Assembly: GCA_016930515.1 (NCBI GenBank)
Contig: JAFGGO010000061.1
Location: 1-64,000, forward strand
Direction of reading: 5' to 3'
DNA: 64,000 nt
Origin: Promethearchaeota archaeon
GTDB taxonomy: Archaea; Asgardarchaeota; Lokiarchaeia; Sigyniarchaeales; SOKP01
Below the pieces are notes generated by a model. That model was given only the letters and a program-made list of their open reading frames with translations, did not search any database and had not been told where the DNA came from. Position numbers and translations under genes: made by a program. This document shows, piece after piece, positions 21,301-30,863 of this stretch (the stretch's first letter is position 1; each line of letters begins with the position of its first letter).

Positions 21301-21864
21301 AGCTACATTATATTCCACTATCTCGTCCTTGTCGTCCCAATTTATCGCACCTGCTTCACATTCTTTTTCACACAATTTACAAGCGTTTTTCGTGAGATAA
21401 AGGCATTTTGTAGCGTCGATTACGGCTTTTCTCGGCACAGCTTGAGGAAATGGAATGTATATAGCTTGTCGATTGCCCATCCCCTCTTCAAATTCGTTTG
21501 GAATTTTCTTCATAGGGCATTTTTCACTACAAGCACCACATCCAGTACAAGCGTCCCAGTTCACATATTTGGCTTTTTTTAAAACCTTAACGCTAAAATT
21601 TCCTGCCTCCCCGCTTACTTCTTGAACTTCCGAATACGCTAAGAGCTCCACATTCTGATGTCGCGAGACCTCCACCATTTTAGGAGCTAAAATACATATT
21701 GAACAATCTAATGTAGGAAAAGTTTTATCGAGCTGGGCCATTCTCCCGCCCACGGAGGATGTTTTTTCGACGAGTATCACCTTATACCCTTGTTCTGCAA
21801 GCGTGAGGCTCGCCTCAATACCTGATATTCCTCCACCTATAACCATTATGTTACTATTTGTCAT
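18382..21864 (-). CDS. hdrA: Tandem HdrA-HdrA-MvhD fusion flavoprotein
   Basis: Two VIGGGISG FAD sites, LDKTFPTLDC, RIGVFVCRCG, AACTPRTHE, ferredoxin motifs; C-terminal FLCNWCSY / VMCTGR / GCHIGDCHY (MvhD). Confidence 0.93.
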   Translation of the reverse strand: MTNSNIMVIGGGISGIEASLTLAEQGYKVILVEKTSSVGGRMAQLDKTFPTLDCSICILAPKMVEVSRHQNVELLAYSEVQEVSGEAGNFSVKVLKKAKYVNWDACTGCGACSEKCPMKKIPNEFEEGMGNRQAIYIPFPQAVPRKAVIDATKCLYLTKNACKLCEKECEAGAINWDDKDEIVEYNVASIIVATGFDQLDPSVLDRYHYGEYPNVITAMQYERLLSASGPTEGELLRPSDRKHAHDIAFVSCVGSRNEDLCAYCSKFCCMYQTKEGVITREHAPGTQVTIFFNDIRTIGKNQEEFIERAKNEYGLIYYRGIPGDVRENPENHNLYVKHANLDTGDVEISEFDLVVLANAVIPRLDAGHLASILGIERNELGFYKTNNSTEDLQSTRDGILVTGSCQSPDDIANSVAKAGGAAALAATYAVPLSKEETKVILPPLVPVNPGDEPRIGVFVCRCGINIAGYMDVPELVEYAKTLPNVVYSMENKYSCSQLTQDIIKEKIKELNLNRVVVAACTPRTHEPLFQKTIREAGLNEYLFNFVSIRELDSWVHMNDNARATDKAKDLIRMGVARVAAQKPEFKIKGQVIPEALVIGGGISGMSAAMEIANKGFKVTLVEKTDKLGGQLNYIYKINFDRIDSKAFLEEKLAEFEAQKNITTLLDSEVIDVKGSIGDFKVKVKNQASGKINLLNVGTILVTTGAYEYKPEGWYDYGKNENVMTQLELSEKLRNQELTDGETLVFIHCVGSRQPEGGNGFTYCSLICCSESIRHALYVKENYPKSNIYVLYRDIRVGTDEEPYYWKARENVNYIRFTEYPLIEQKNGKLKVKVSDILTQVDLTIDADKVVLSTPLISYDTKKLGEMIKCARDQNGFFLEAHVKLRPVDFATDGIYLAGTCHGPKGIADSISQGRGAAAHALIPLISGEVENEPLVSVVNPALCIACQECERVCNFGAIGVNFENEILVSQSNPLLCKGCGDCAAACPAGAITMSHFADDQIYPMITEAIKGTYVDERPRIVAFLCNWCSYAGADTCGVSRFQYPTNIRPIRVMCTGRIPKSFILRAFLEGADGVLVGGCHIGDCHYLEGNYDMLQRYNEIKDILGSVGINPDRFQLEWVSASEGKRFSQVVTTFVERIKELGPLDSKGDKIEKSEVKEVA

Positions 21865-22425
21865 AATTTGTCATTTTTTTATTGGATTTATCAGTTAGTT
21901 ATTCATTTTAGAGATCGTTGTTTCTTTTTTTGATTTTTTATCGACTCTAAAACAAAAGAAAATTTTTTAGGAATTAATACGACAAAATAATATAAAAATG
22001 TTGCGGATAATGTGCATTATTCGTCATTTGTGATCAATATCTGTCTCAAAATGTTTGTTATAGATCAATTAATTGGGTAAAAATGCCCTTTCTTGCGCTT
22101 TTGAATTTGACAAAAACGGTCGTTTTTAGAGTAAGAATTATTAGAAAAATATTCGTTTTTAAATCTTTGCCTAATTTTTTAAATTAAGTCCATATGATCA
22201 GCACTAGATATATCAAAAAAATCTTTTTCTAAAATTTGATTTAATTTACCCTAAATGTGATAGCAATCAATAAAAAACACCTTCTATAAACATTTATTAG
22301 GTTAAAATTCTAATTATGAATTATTAATTGGAAATAATACCTACAAGAATATATTTAGGCAATTCTCATTCAAATTATTGAAAATTTGTTTAATTTAAAA
22401 ACAATTACTCAAATGAGCGAGTAAA

Positions 22426-23100
22426 ATGAAAATCGTAGTAATAGGATCCCTTCAAAGCGGGAAATCGAGCTATATCAAGTATCTCGACAAAAAAGCAATG
22501 AATATTGAGACTCAAGGTCGTGATAAGAAGTTCTATACAGTCGGCATGGATTTAGCATCCATTAAAATTGACGGATTTGATGTTTTCTTGTTTGGAACTC
22601 CCGGATTATTAAGAATGGAAGTAATGAGGGATGTTTTAGTAAATGGTGCTGACGCTGTAATATTTTTAATAGACTCAACAGACCCCACTCACGACGCAGA
22701 AGGGTTAAAAATATTGACATCGGTTCAAAAAATCCTGAAACCAAGTCTACCCTTAATATATTGTGCTAACAAGCAAGACGAAGAGAACTCTCGTTCTGTG
22801 AAGGAAATCGTGTCTGTTTATAACATTCCTAAAAGTTCGAAATTGTTTAAGATAAATACCCGAACGGGAACTAATGTCATGGAATCTCTAAAATACATTG
22901 TTAATACAATTTTCAACACGTATAAAGATGTGCTCAAGTTGGTACGCAAGCATCAAGACAATTTAGACGATTTGGCCAGCGTATTAAAAATGAATCCCTC
23001 AGAATTAAACGATTTTCTCTATAATCTCGAAGTAAAAAGGTTTATTGAAATCGATAGAGAAAAAAAAGTCGTGAGATTAAAACCAACAATACCCTTATAG
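22426..23100 (+). CDS. MglA/ATP_bind_1-like small GTPase with C-terminal winged helix
   Basis: GSLQSGKSS, TVGMD, FGTPGL, NKQD; helical C-terminus ending FLYNLEVKRFIEID. Confidence 0.8.
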   Translation: MKIVVIGSLQSGKSSYIKYLDKKAMNIETQGRDKKFYTVGMDLASIKIDGFDVFLFGTPGLLRMEVMRDVLVNGADAVIFLIDSTDPTHDAEGLKILTSVQKILKPSLPLIYCANKQDEENSRSVKEIVSVYNIPKSSKLFKINTRTGTNVMESLKYIVNTIFNTYKDVLKLVRKHQDNLDDLASVLKMNPSELNDFLYNLEVKRFIEIDREKKVVRLKPTIPL

Positions 23101-23154
23101 TTAAATCTATAAAGAGAGATATATTATCATAAGGTAAAAATTATTTTATTTCTA

Positions 23155-24201
23155 ATGTCGTCTAGATCCGAAGATACTCTGATATTTTACGCACTCACGC
23201 CGGGATATAGCCCTAAGCAACTCAATTTTATTTATAATGCCTTGGAGGATTTTTGTGCTAAAAAAAAGGAGCTCGATCGGAGTGATAGATTTAATGTCGT
23301 TCTCTTCCAAGAAGATGGACCAAATTATTTACAAGATTTTACATTAAATCCCGATAATGTCCTCATTGCTTTAAAGTCTTTAGAGCCCATGATCGTTAAA
23401 GCTAATGTTTCTGGAGGAATCATGGTTGCCGTGACCTTTATCATTGATGTCTACAAAAAAATTCCCGATAAATGTTTTCGAATTATCGTTCTTACCGACG
23501 ATAGTACACACGAAATCCCTGACATATATGTTCCAGTTTTGGAAAATATTATCGATAAAGTTAAGGACATGCCGTTATTTCTTGATGTAGTCCGAATTCA
23601 AAATAAAAATTCCAACAAAGATGGGAAATTATTAGATCTTGCAAGAATGACGCGAGGAACAATGCACGAGGTTAACAATTTAACTGAATTAACGAGAGTT
23701 TTTGATATACTTCACCATAAGAAATCGTTTTCGTCTTATTCCCTTATCAACGATGGATACGAGACGGAAATACCTTACGAGAATTTTGCTTTCTACAGGA
23801 ATTTGGCAGAAAATCCCATTGAATTGAGACAAAAAGAAACTTGTTCGGTTTGTTTTAAAAAAGACAAGAACCACTTGGTAAAATGTCCGAGCTGTGAAAC
23901 AATTGCTCATAAATCTTGTTGGTCTCAATGGGCTAGAACCTCCAATATTGGAATTTTTAACGTGTTTCGATGTCATAATTGCTTTTTATTGATTAAGATC
24001 GAAGAAGAATTCGTACAAATGGTCCTTTCTGGTGCCATGCCATCAATCGAAGAAGTTGAAATAGAAGTCGTTGACCTCCACGAATATGAGGAGAGTTTAG
24101 AGACCAAAGAAGGACCCAAGATCGTACAAGTAGAAGATCCCATGGCAATCTTCTATCGACACAACGACGATGACATTGTTGTGGTTAAGGACGACGATTA
24201 A
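23155..24201 (+). CDS. vWA-like domain + C4HC3 RING/PHD finger + acidic tail
   Basis: DRFNVVLF, RIIVLTD; CSVC..CPSC.4.H..C...CHNC. Confidence 0.75.
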   Translation: MSSRSEDTLIFYALTPGYSPKQLNFIYNALEDFCAKKKELDRSDRFNVVLFQEDGPNYLQDFTLNPDNVLIALKSLEPMIVKANVSGGIMVAVTFIIDVYKKIPDKCFRIIVLTDDSTHEIPDIYVPVLENIIDKVKDMPLFLDVVRIQNKNSNKDGKLLDLARMTRGTMHEVNNLTELTRVFDILHHKKSFSSYSLINDGYETEIPYENFAFYRNLAENPIELRQKETCSVCFKKDKNHLVKCPSCETIAHKSCWSQWARTSNIGIFNVFRCHNCFLLIKIEEEFVQMVLSGAMPSIEEVEIEVVDLHEYEESLETKEGPKIVQVEDPMAIFYRHNDDDIVVVKDDD

Positions 24202-24325
24202 TATCAATTTTTAACATTTATTATTTACAGCTTGTTTTTTCACTTCATTAAAAATAGGTATCATACAAAGAAGAATATAAATTACCGCAGTAGAATTATA
24301 ATCATATCTGAAAATAATTTTTTAA

Positions 24326-25528
24326 TTGATACTATTGTACTTCGATAAAGAAAAGCTAAAAGCACTCCTTCAGTGGTACAAGCAAGAAGTAGGAAAAGAT
24401 TTAATTGCCGTCTTGATCGTCGATAGGGCGGGCCTTATCGTTGATTTTTTAACGAAAATTCCTGAAAAAGCCGACGAGAAAAAGTTTATTGGGGCTTTTA
24501 GCGCGCTTGCAGACTTGATACTGAAAAAGATCACATCAGACTTCGACTTAGGTACTTTTGGTGCGGGGACTTTTGACACGGATCAATACAGATTTATTTT
24601 TTGCGAAGCGGGGGCTGAATGCATATTCGTTACTGTTTTACATGGTCTTTCTGTAATTGATCCATATTTTCCTTATGCTTTTTTAGCAGCCGAGAAAGTT
24701 GCGCGCATATTTGACGGCAGACCTGTAAGTCCAGTCATTCCCAAAATAAACACGGATTATGGTGTACAAAAAGTAGATAGAAAGGTCGATACACTTCAAA
24801 AAATGAAGTTACATTCTGATGATTATTTGTGCAAGCTCAGCTTCATAGGTGATGGTGGAGTAGGAAAAACTAGCATAGTTCAACGGTATGTGAACGATAT
24901 TTTTGAATTAGATTATCGAGCGACCATAGGAACCTACATCAGCAAAAAAATATGCAAGTTTGAAGCTTTGGGTAATGCCCAGGTTAGGTTCGTCATCTGG
25001 GATATTGCTGGACAACCACAGTTTACACGCATACGTCCTGCTTACTTGGCAGATTCTGGAGCAATCATGATCGTATTTGATGTGACGAGCAGAGAATCTT
25101 TTGATAATGTGAAGAAAATTTGGTACGAGGACGTAAAAAAAGTTGAGCTTACGGACTCGGTCATTGTACTTGTTGGAAATAAGATAGATTTGGAAGAAAG
25201 AGAAATATCGTATTCAGAAGGAGAAGCACTTGCTAAAGAATTGGGCATGGATTATATAGAAACTTCTGCCAAATCGGGGGAAAATGTGGAAGACGCCCAT
25301 CGCTTGATCGCATTAAAATTGGTTGAAAAATTCGTAGAAATGGAAGAGATTTCAAAAATTATCGTCGAAAACTCCAAATATATTGTTAAACAAGACCAAT
25401 TAAGCTATCTCATGAGTTATATCGCACGACAAAAAAACTTTATCATTACTGAAAGTGGTACGGTTGAATTCCAAAAATGTCTTGAAATATTTGATGAAAT
25501 AAGAAAAAATAAAATTGTAGAAGATTAA
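24326..25528 (+). CDS. Roadblock domain fused to Rab-like small GTPase
   Basis: AVLIVDRAGLIV roadblock; GDGGVGKT, YRATIG, WDIAGQ, GNKID, ETSAK. Confidence 0.88.
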   Translation: MILLYFDKEKLKALLQWYKQEVGKDLIAVLIVDRAGLIVDFLTKIPEKADEKKFIGAFSALADLILKKITSDFDLGTFGAGTFDTDQYRFIFCEAGAECIFVTVLHGLSVIDPYFPYAFLAAEKVARIFDGRPVSPVIPKINTDYGVQKVDRKVDTLQKMKLHSDDYLCKLSFIGDGGVGKTSIVQRYVNDIFELDYRATIGTYISKKICKFEALGNAQVRFVIWDIAGQPQFTRIRPAYLADSGAIMIVFDVTSRESFDNVKKIWYEDVKKVELTDSVIVLVGNKIDLEEREISYSEGEALAKELGMDYIETSAKSGENVEDAHRLIALKLVEKFVEMEEISKIIVENSKYIVKQDQLSYLMSYIARQKNFIITESGTVEFQKCLEIFDEIRKNKIVED

Positions 25529-27420
25529 AACTCTTCGGGATTAATAATATCTTTACCTAGGGCTTCTTTTAAATTTTTTAATTCGGTTCTTTGTTCACTT
25601 AAAATGTTCCAAAAAAATTCAGGAATGTCTTTTTCTTTTTTAAAAGAAAATTCCACGCGATCTAGCTTTTCGAGCAATTTAGAAATTCTAATTGAAAATT
25701 GCTCATTATAATTGCTTTTTTGGTAATCGAAATTGAGGCATTCCTTGAATAATTCTTTTAAATCCTCGTATTTGGGAATGTAACCAACGGGGGTTTTTAT
25801 AGCACCATAATCCTCATGAAAGCGAGATTCAGCCCACATAACCCATACTAACTTATCTAGCATCCCATTCATATATTTTCCATTCTTATTCTTGAGGAAA
25901 TAATTCGTTGCAAATACCTTTGGAGGAACTTTAAGATTATTTCCAAATTTTTGATGATTTTCAAGATATTTTCCCAGCGGCACGACAATGAAATCTAAAT
26001 TTGCCATTGGACTGGGCGTTCTTATACCTTGAGCGCCAAGAGTTTGAGCTGTAGTTTCAGATTCTATTGTTGCCCCCAAAAAGACACCACTCTCCCAGTC
26101 GAAGCTTTCTACTATGGGGGGCATTGTATCGCTGTCTCTTCCACCATAAAACACGCAACTTATTGGAACGCCATCAGGATTATGGAGGTTAGGATCCGCA
26201 TTTGATAATTCTTCGATTCGTACGGTATATCGAGCATTAGGATGAGCAAGGGGGATGTCTTTTCCATTTTGGTCTTTCTTTCCTTCAGTCCACTCCCCAG
26301 AAAAGTTGAAGCCTTTTTTTGGATATTCAGAGCCCATTCCAAGCCAATATGGTTTTCCATCATTTATCAAAACATTTGAGAAAATAGTTTCTTTTGGAGT
26401 AGTAAGCGTCTCGTAAATCACGGGATCGTCTTTAGCATTGACGTCTTTTATAATTCCAAATACACCCTGCTCGATATTAACAGCATGAGCATGGCCATCC
26501 TCCCAGATTCGAAGATAAGCAATATCATCTCCAACAATGGTTTGACCTGGAAGCATTGCTGTTGAAGTTTTGCCACATCCTGAAGGATAAGCTCCCGTAG
26601 CAAAAGAGGTTCGATTTTTTCCTTTTGGGTGGATTCCCATAATAAAGTAGTGTTCGGTAAGCCAATCTTCTTGGTTAGATTTATTAATCGCGAGACGCAG
26701 CGCGAGTTTTTTCAATCCCAGACTATTCCCTGCATATTGGTTATTGACTGTAAGGACCCTATCCTCCTTTAAGTCAACGTAAACCCTACGTTTATCAATA
26801 TTTTTAGTAATAGGAGGGTTTCCTGTGAGTTCACCTGAAGAATGAATGAATGTAAAAAAATCTTTAGATCCATTCAATTTTTTAAATTCTTCATATCCTG
26901 TCCTATAAAGTAGATCTTCTGAATGTCCTACATAGAACGAGTCGGTTAATTGTAGCGCTAATAGAGAGAATTTTGAGTTTTTTGGACCTAAACAAAAGAA
27001 TCTTACTATGCATTCATGATTTTCCATGCACCCATCCATAATTTCCATTATTTCGCTCAAGCCTTCGTCTCTATCGATTGTATTTATCCAAGGACTGGCG
27101 TACTCTCCTTTAGGTATAAGAACACGCGTGTTCTCCTTGTCTCTGGCTTGATCGTGATTTGACATTGAGAAAAAACCATCATAATGGATCGTGTGTCCTT
27201 TAAGAGAGAGTTTTTCTTCTTCTCCTAATTCAATTGCCCTGTTTCTCACATAAGCAATATCTTCTTTAGAGTCAGTAATAACTGTTAGCGTTTTTGGCTT
27301 ACAACGCTCAGTGAATTCGCATACAATGCTTAAAACATGTTCATTATTAAGATCAAGAAGTCTATCTGCATTTTCTTGATCTATCACACCTTTTTCTATT
27401 AAACTTTTTATAGTTGTCAT
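25525..27420 (-). CDS. pckG: GTP-dependent phosphoenolpyruvate carboxykinase
   Basis: YAGNSLGLKK, WLTEH, YPSGCGKTSTAM, VGDDIAY, AHPNARY, YGGRD. Confidence 0.95.
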   Translation of the reverse strand: MTTIKSLIEKGVIDQENADRLLDLNNEHVLSIVCEFTERCKPKTLTVITDSKEDIAYVRNRAIELGEEEKLSLKGHTIHYDGFFSMSNHDQARDKENTRVLIPKGEYASPWINTIDRDEGLSEIMEIMDGCMENHECIVRFFCLGPKNSKFSLLALQLTDSFYVGHSEDLLYRTGYEEFKKLNGSKDFFTFIHSSGELTGNPPITKNIDKRRVYVDLKEDRVLTVNNQYAGNSLGLKKLALRLAINKSNQEDWLTEHYFIMGIHPKGKNRTSFATGAYPSGCGKTSTAMLPGQTIVGDDIAYLRIWEDGHAHAVNIEQGVFGIIKDVNAKDDPVIYETLTTPKETIFSNVLINDGKPYWLGMGSEYPKKGFNFSGEWTEGKKDQNGKDIPLAHPNARYTVRIEELSNADPNLHNPDGVPISCVFYGGRDSDTMPPIVESFDWESGVFLGATIESETTAQTLGAQGIRTPSPMANLDFIVVPLGKYLENHQKFGNNLKVPPKVFATNYFLKNKNGKYMNGMLDKLVWVMWAESRFHEDYGAIKTPVGYIPKYEDLKELFKECLNFDYQKSNYNEQFSIRISKLLEKLDRVEFSFKKEKDIPEFFWNILSEQRTELKNLKEALGKDIINPEEF

Positions 27421-27719
27421 TTATACCACAATATATTATAATGAAAACAATTTCACATTTTTTAATTAAATTATTGAAAATTGTTAAAAAAGCTTTATGA
27501 ATTATGAACAAGTTCTCGATCATCAGAAGTTAAGTTGAACAATCCCATTCTTCAAGTATTGAACCTATTAAAATTTAATGTTTTAAATGAAAAGTTTTTA
27601 TCCCTTTTACTCTAAAGAATCAAATTATTTAGCAAAAAAAGCTTGAGAGGAAATGATTATAATTTCCATTTCATTTTAGAGATTTAATTAAGAGATTTAT
27701 TAACTTTGATAGATAATTA

Positions 27720-28589
27720 ATGAGAAGAACAATAATGAACTTTTCAAGACCAATAACAAGTTTGATTAAAGAGCGAACATCGCGTAGGACATATGATCCT
27801 TTGGTTCTTAATCCTGAAGATATAAAACTAATGAAAAAAGCGATGTTACTCGAGGATATTAAAACTCCTTTTAGTAAATATACAGGTAATTGTCGTTTCT
27901 CTCTTGTTTCAGTTCCCGAATTCGATCCTAACGAGCAAAAAAGGATTGGTACATATGGACTCATCAAGGGAGCACGACAATTCATAGTAGGAGCTGTTGA
28001 AAAATCTAACTACGACCGAGAACATTTTGGATACTTGATGGAAGTCATCCTGTTATACGCAACTGATTTGGGTTTAGGAACCTGTTGGTTAGGGGGATTT
28101 TTTAATCGAAGCTTGTTTTCTGAAAAGATAAACGCTACTCCTAACGAAATCGTTCCCGCAATAAGTCCAATAGGATATTTTCCCAAAAAAAGGCGAACAA
28201 AGGAAAAAATCATTCGGGCAGCCATTAAAGCTGATAATCGTAAACCCTGGGAGCAAATCTTTTTTAAAGATAAATTTAATAATCCCTTATCTGAACTAGA
28301 TTCCAAAGATTATTCTACATTGTTTGAAATGGTACGAATTGCGCCATCTGCAAGCAATAGGCAACCCTGGAGAATTCTCAAGGAACATAAAAATAATATT
28401 TATCATTTTTACACGGTAAAGGCTAAGGGATTCTATGAACAAATGGTCGCTTTAGATATTGGCATAGCCATTAGCCATTGGGATCTATCAGCTAAAGAAA
28501 TGGGAATTACGGGAGAATGGGACATTAAACAACTAGACCTTGATAGATCTGAAAATTTAAAATATGTAATCTCCTGGATTGGCAATTAA
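27720..28589 (+). CDS. Nitroreductase family protein (tandem domains)
   Basis: RTSRRTY, LGLGTCWLGG, APSASNRQPW, DIGIAISH. Confidence 0.88.
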   Translation: MRRTIMNFSRPITSLIKERTSRRTYDPLVLNPEDIKLMKKAMLLEDIKTPFSKYTGNCRFSLVSVPEFDPNEQKRIGTYGLIKGARQFIVGAVEKSNYDREHFGYLMEVILLYATDLGLGTCWLGGFFNRSLFSEKINATPNEIVPAISPIGYFPKKRRTKEKIIRAAIKADNRKPWEQIFFKDKFNNPLSELDSKDYSTLFEMVRIAPSASNRQPWRILKEHKNNIYHFYTVKAKGFYEQMVALDIGIAISHWDLSAKEMGITGEWDIKQLDLDRSENLKYVISWIGN

Positions 28590-29080
28590 ATACATAATAT
28601 CAATACTGTTCTCTCTCTTTGGATACCTTTTTATTTTAATAAGGCATATTTTAGATCATCCCAGAACAAAGATTCTGATGAAAATTTCGAGTTTCCTATT
28701 GATATATTTATTATTGTAATTACTACCATTGGAATAGTGATTGTCATATCTTCAGCAGGAAGTTTGGAATATATAAGTATGAAAAAAAATCGAGGATCGG
28801 CTAATAGCAAAAAATCAAATTGAGCAACACTAGGGAAAGTTATGTAGAATTGATCCCACTCCGCGACACTTTAACGAATCAAACAGAAGAAGAATTAAGA
28901 CATACAGAATCCGAACTTGACATTCAAGAACCCGAATTATTATGTGTCGTGCACAAGGGACCTATTCGTGCAGAAACATATGTATGTCCTCATTGTAAAG
29001 CCTTTTATTGCAGGAATTGTTTGGATGCTTTAAAAAATCGAGGAGAGACATGTTGGGTTTGTCATAACTCGTTCGAATAA
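28590..29080 (+). pseudogene. Remnant of a membrane-anchored protein with C-terminal zinc finger
   Basis: Start-less TM segment FPIDIFIIVITTIGIVIVISSAG..KKNRG ends at TGA 28821; frameshifted continuation CVVHKG..CPHC..FYC..C..CWVC. Confidence 0.6.
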
Positions 29081-29161
29081 ATCTTTTTTCCAAATTGATT
29101 TACTTTTTTTAATCACACTATTAATTGAAAAAATAAGGGTAAAAAATTAAATGAAAAAAAA

Positions 29162-30751
29162 TTAATACTGGAAACCGCCTTTAGCTGCATTTTTAGCGGC
29201 TATGATCCTATCAACGCGCAAGATCAAGTTTGCCAATTCCGTACCCGCTTTGATGATGTGCTTGGGCAATGCAGAGGGTTCGACGATTCCCTTTTTGAAA
29301 TTGTCTTGGATAGTGTTTTCTATCGTATCGATACCGATCCATTTATCTGCGTCTCCCTTGTGTGCGGCTCGTAAGGCAGTAATTTTTTCGATTTCGTCCA
29401 ATCCTGCGTTTCTAATTAATGTTTTTGGAATTTCTTCGAGCGCAAGCGCAAAGGCCGAGATCGCTAGCTGCTCTTTCCCACTTACCTCGTTGGCATATGT
29501 CTTTAGTCGTTTGGCTAATTCTAAGTAAATAGCACCTCCACCTCCGACAACCGCCTGAGTGTCGATGATTTTTCCAATAACCGAAAGAACGTCGTGCAAG
29601 GCAACTTCCGCCGTGTCCAAGAGCTTTTTTAGACCACCCTTTAGAACTATCGATATGGCTTTAGGATTCTTGCAGCCCTCAAATATCGTGTATTCGTCCT
29701 TATCAATCTTTTCAAATTTCACGGTTTCGGCGAATCCCAAGTCATTTTCGGTCAATCCTTTTAGGTCATTGACCAAGGTCGCGTCTATTGCCTTGAGAAT
29801 CGCTTTAATATTATCCTCGCTTAGATTTTTAATGGCAATGATCCCTTCTCTTGCTAAATACGCACCAAACTTGTCAGAAATCTCTTGGTTATTCACGATC
29901 ATGTTCACGCCTACATCCTTGAACACTTTTAAATAACCTTGGAGGATCTTTTCCTCTTGATCCTTGAATTTTTGAATGTCCTTGGGATCGAATATTTGTA
30001 TTTGAGAATCGAATTCGGTTTTAACAACTTCCAATTTCTTCCTTATCACGGCAATCTTTACATTTTTCAAGCCATTAGGCATCGTGGGATCTGCCCTTGA
30101 TTTTTCTAAATATAAACCGCGAATTACTTTCGAATCGGAGAGTGATTTCCCTGGAGCCTTTACTATCTTCACGTTACTAATTTTATCAAACGTGTTTTCG
30201 CCTGCAATTTGTCTCACGGCTTGGAGGGCTAAATCTGCGAAAAAGTTTTTCGAGGTTACGAGTTGTTTTGAGTTCATTGATGTAATAGCGGCGTTTTTAA
30301 GGACAAAATCGTCATCTTTAGAAATTTTTTCTTCTATCTGTTCAATTATTTCAAGCGCTTTATCGGCAGCCAATTTAAACCCATGAGTGAGATGTTTTGG
30401 ATGAATACCCTGTTCCGTTAGTTCTAAAGCATTTTGAAGGAGAGCAGAAGAAAATAAAACGACCGAAGTCGTGCCGTCGCCAATTTCTTCGTCGGTTGCC
30501 TTGGCAACATTTACCATCATGTTTGCTGCCACGCTTTCGATGTCTAAATTCTTTAGGATTTCGGCACCATCGTTCGTGATAGTAACCTCCCCTAAACCGT
30601 CAACGAGCATCTTGTCCATTCCTTTTGGTCCGAGGGTCGATCTGACCATTTCGGTTATTGCAAGTATTGCGTTAATGTTTTGCTTTCGCGCTTCCTTTTC
30701 TTCTTTTTCTTCCGTGCCTTCTCTCAAGATCATGATTGGTACTCTAGACAT
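29162..30751 (-). CDS. ths: Group II chaperonin (thermosome subunit)
   Basis: STLGPKGMDKML, ITNDG, GDGTTS, VGGGGA, GIVEP. Confidence 0.95.
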   Translation of the reverse strand: MSRVPIMILREGTEEKEEKEARKQNINAILAITEMVRSTLGPKGMDKMLVDGLGEVTITNDGAEILKNLDIESVAANMMVNVAKATDEEIGDGTTSVVLFSSALLQNALELTEQGIHPKHLTHGFKLAADKALEIIEQIEEKISKDDDFVLKNAAITSMNSKQLVTSKNFFADLALQAVRQIAGENTFDKISNVKIVKAPGKSLSDSKVIRGLYLEKSRADPTMPNGLKNVKIAVIRKKLEVVKTEFDSQIQIFDPKDIQKFKDQEEKILQGYLKVFKDVGVNMIVNNQEISDKFGAYLAREGIIAIKNLSEDNIKAILKAIDATLVNDLKGLTENDLGFAETVKFEKIDKDEYTIFEGCKNPKAISIVLKGGLKKLLDTAEVALHDVLSVIGKIIDTQAVVGGGGAIYLELAKRLKTYANEVSGKEQLAISAFALALEEIPKTLIRNAGLDEIEKITALRAAHKGDADKWIGIDTIENTIQDNFKKGIVEPSALPKHIIKAGTELANLILRVDRIIAAKNAAKGGFQY

Positions 30752-30863
30752 TATTCTTCACATACCTTCTTTTAAATGAATTCATTTTAATTCTATTAAA
30801 GAGTTGAAGGAAGATATTTAAAATAAATTTTTCTGATTTAGAGTTCTTTATAAATAATCCTCA

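Noticed and set aside
18382-21864. Selenocysteine recoding in HdrA/MvhD
   Set aside because: No in-frame TGA; Cys at the relevant motifs
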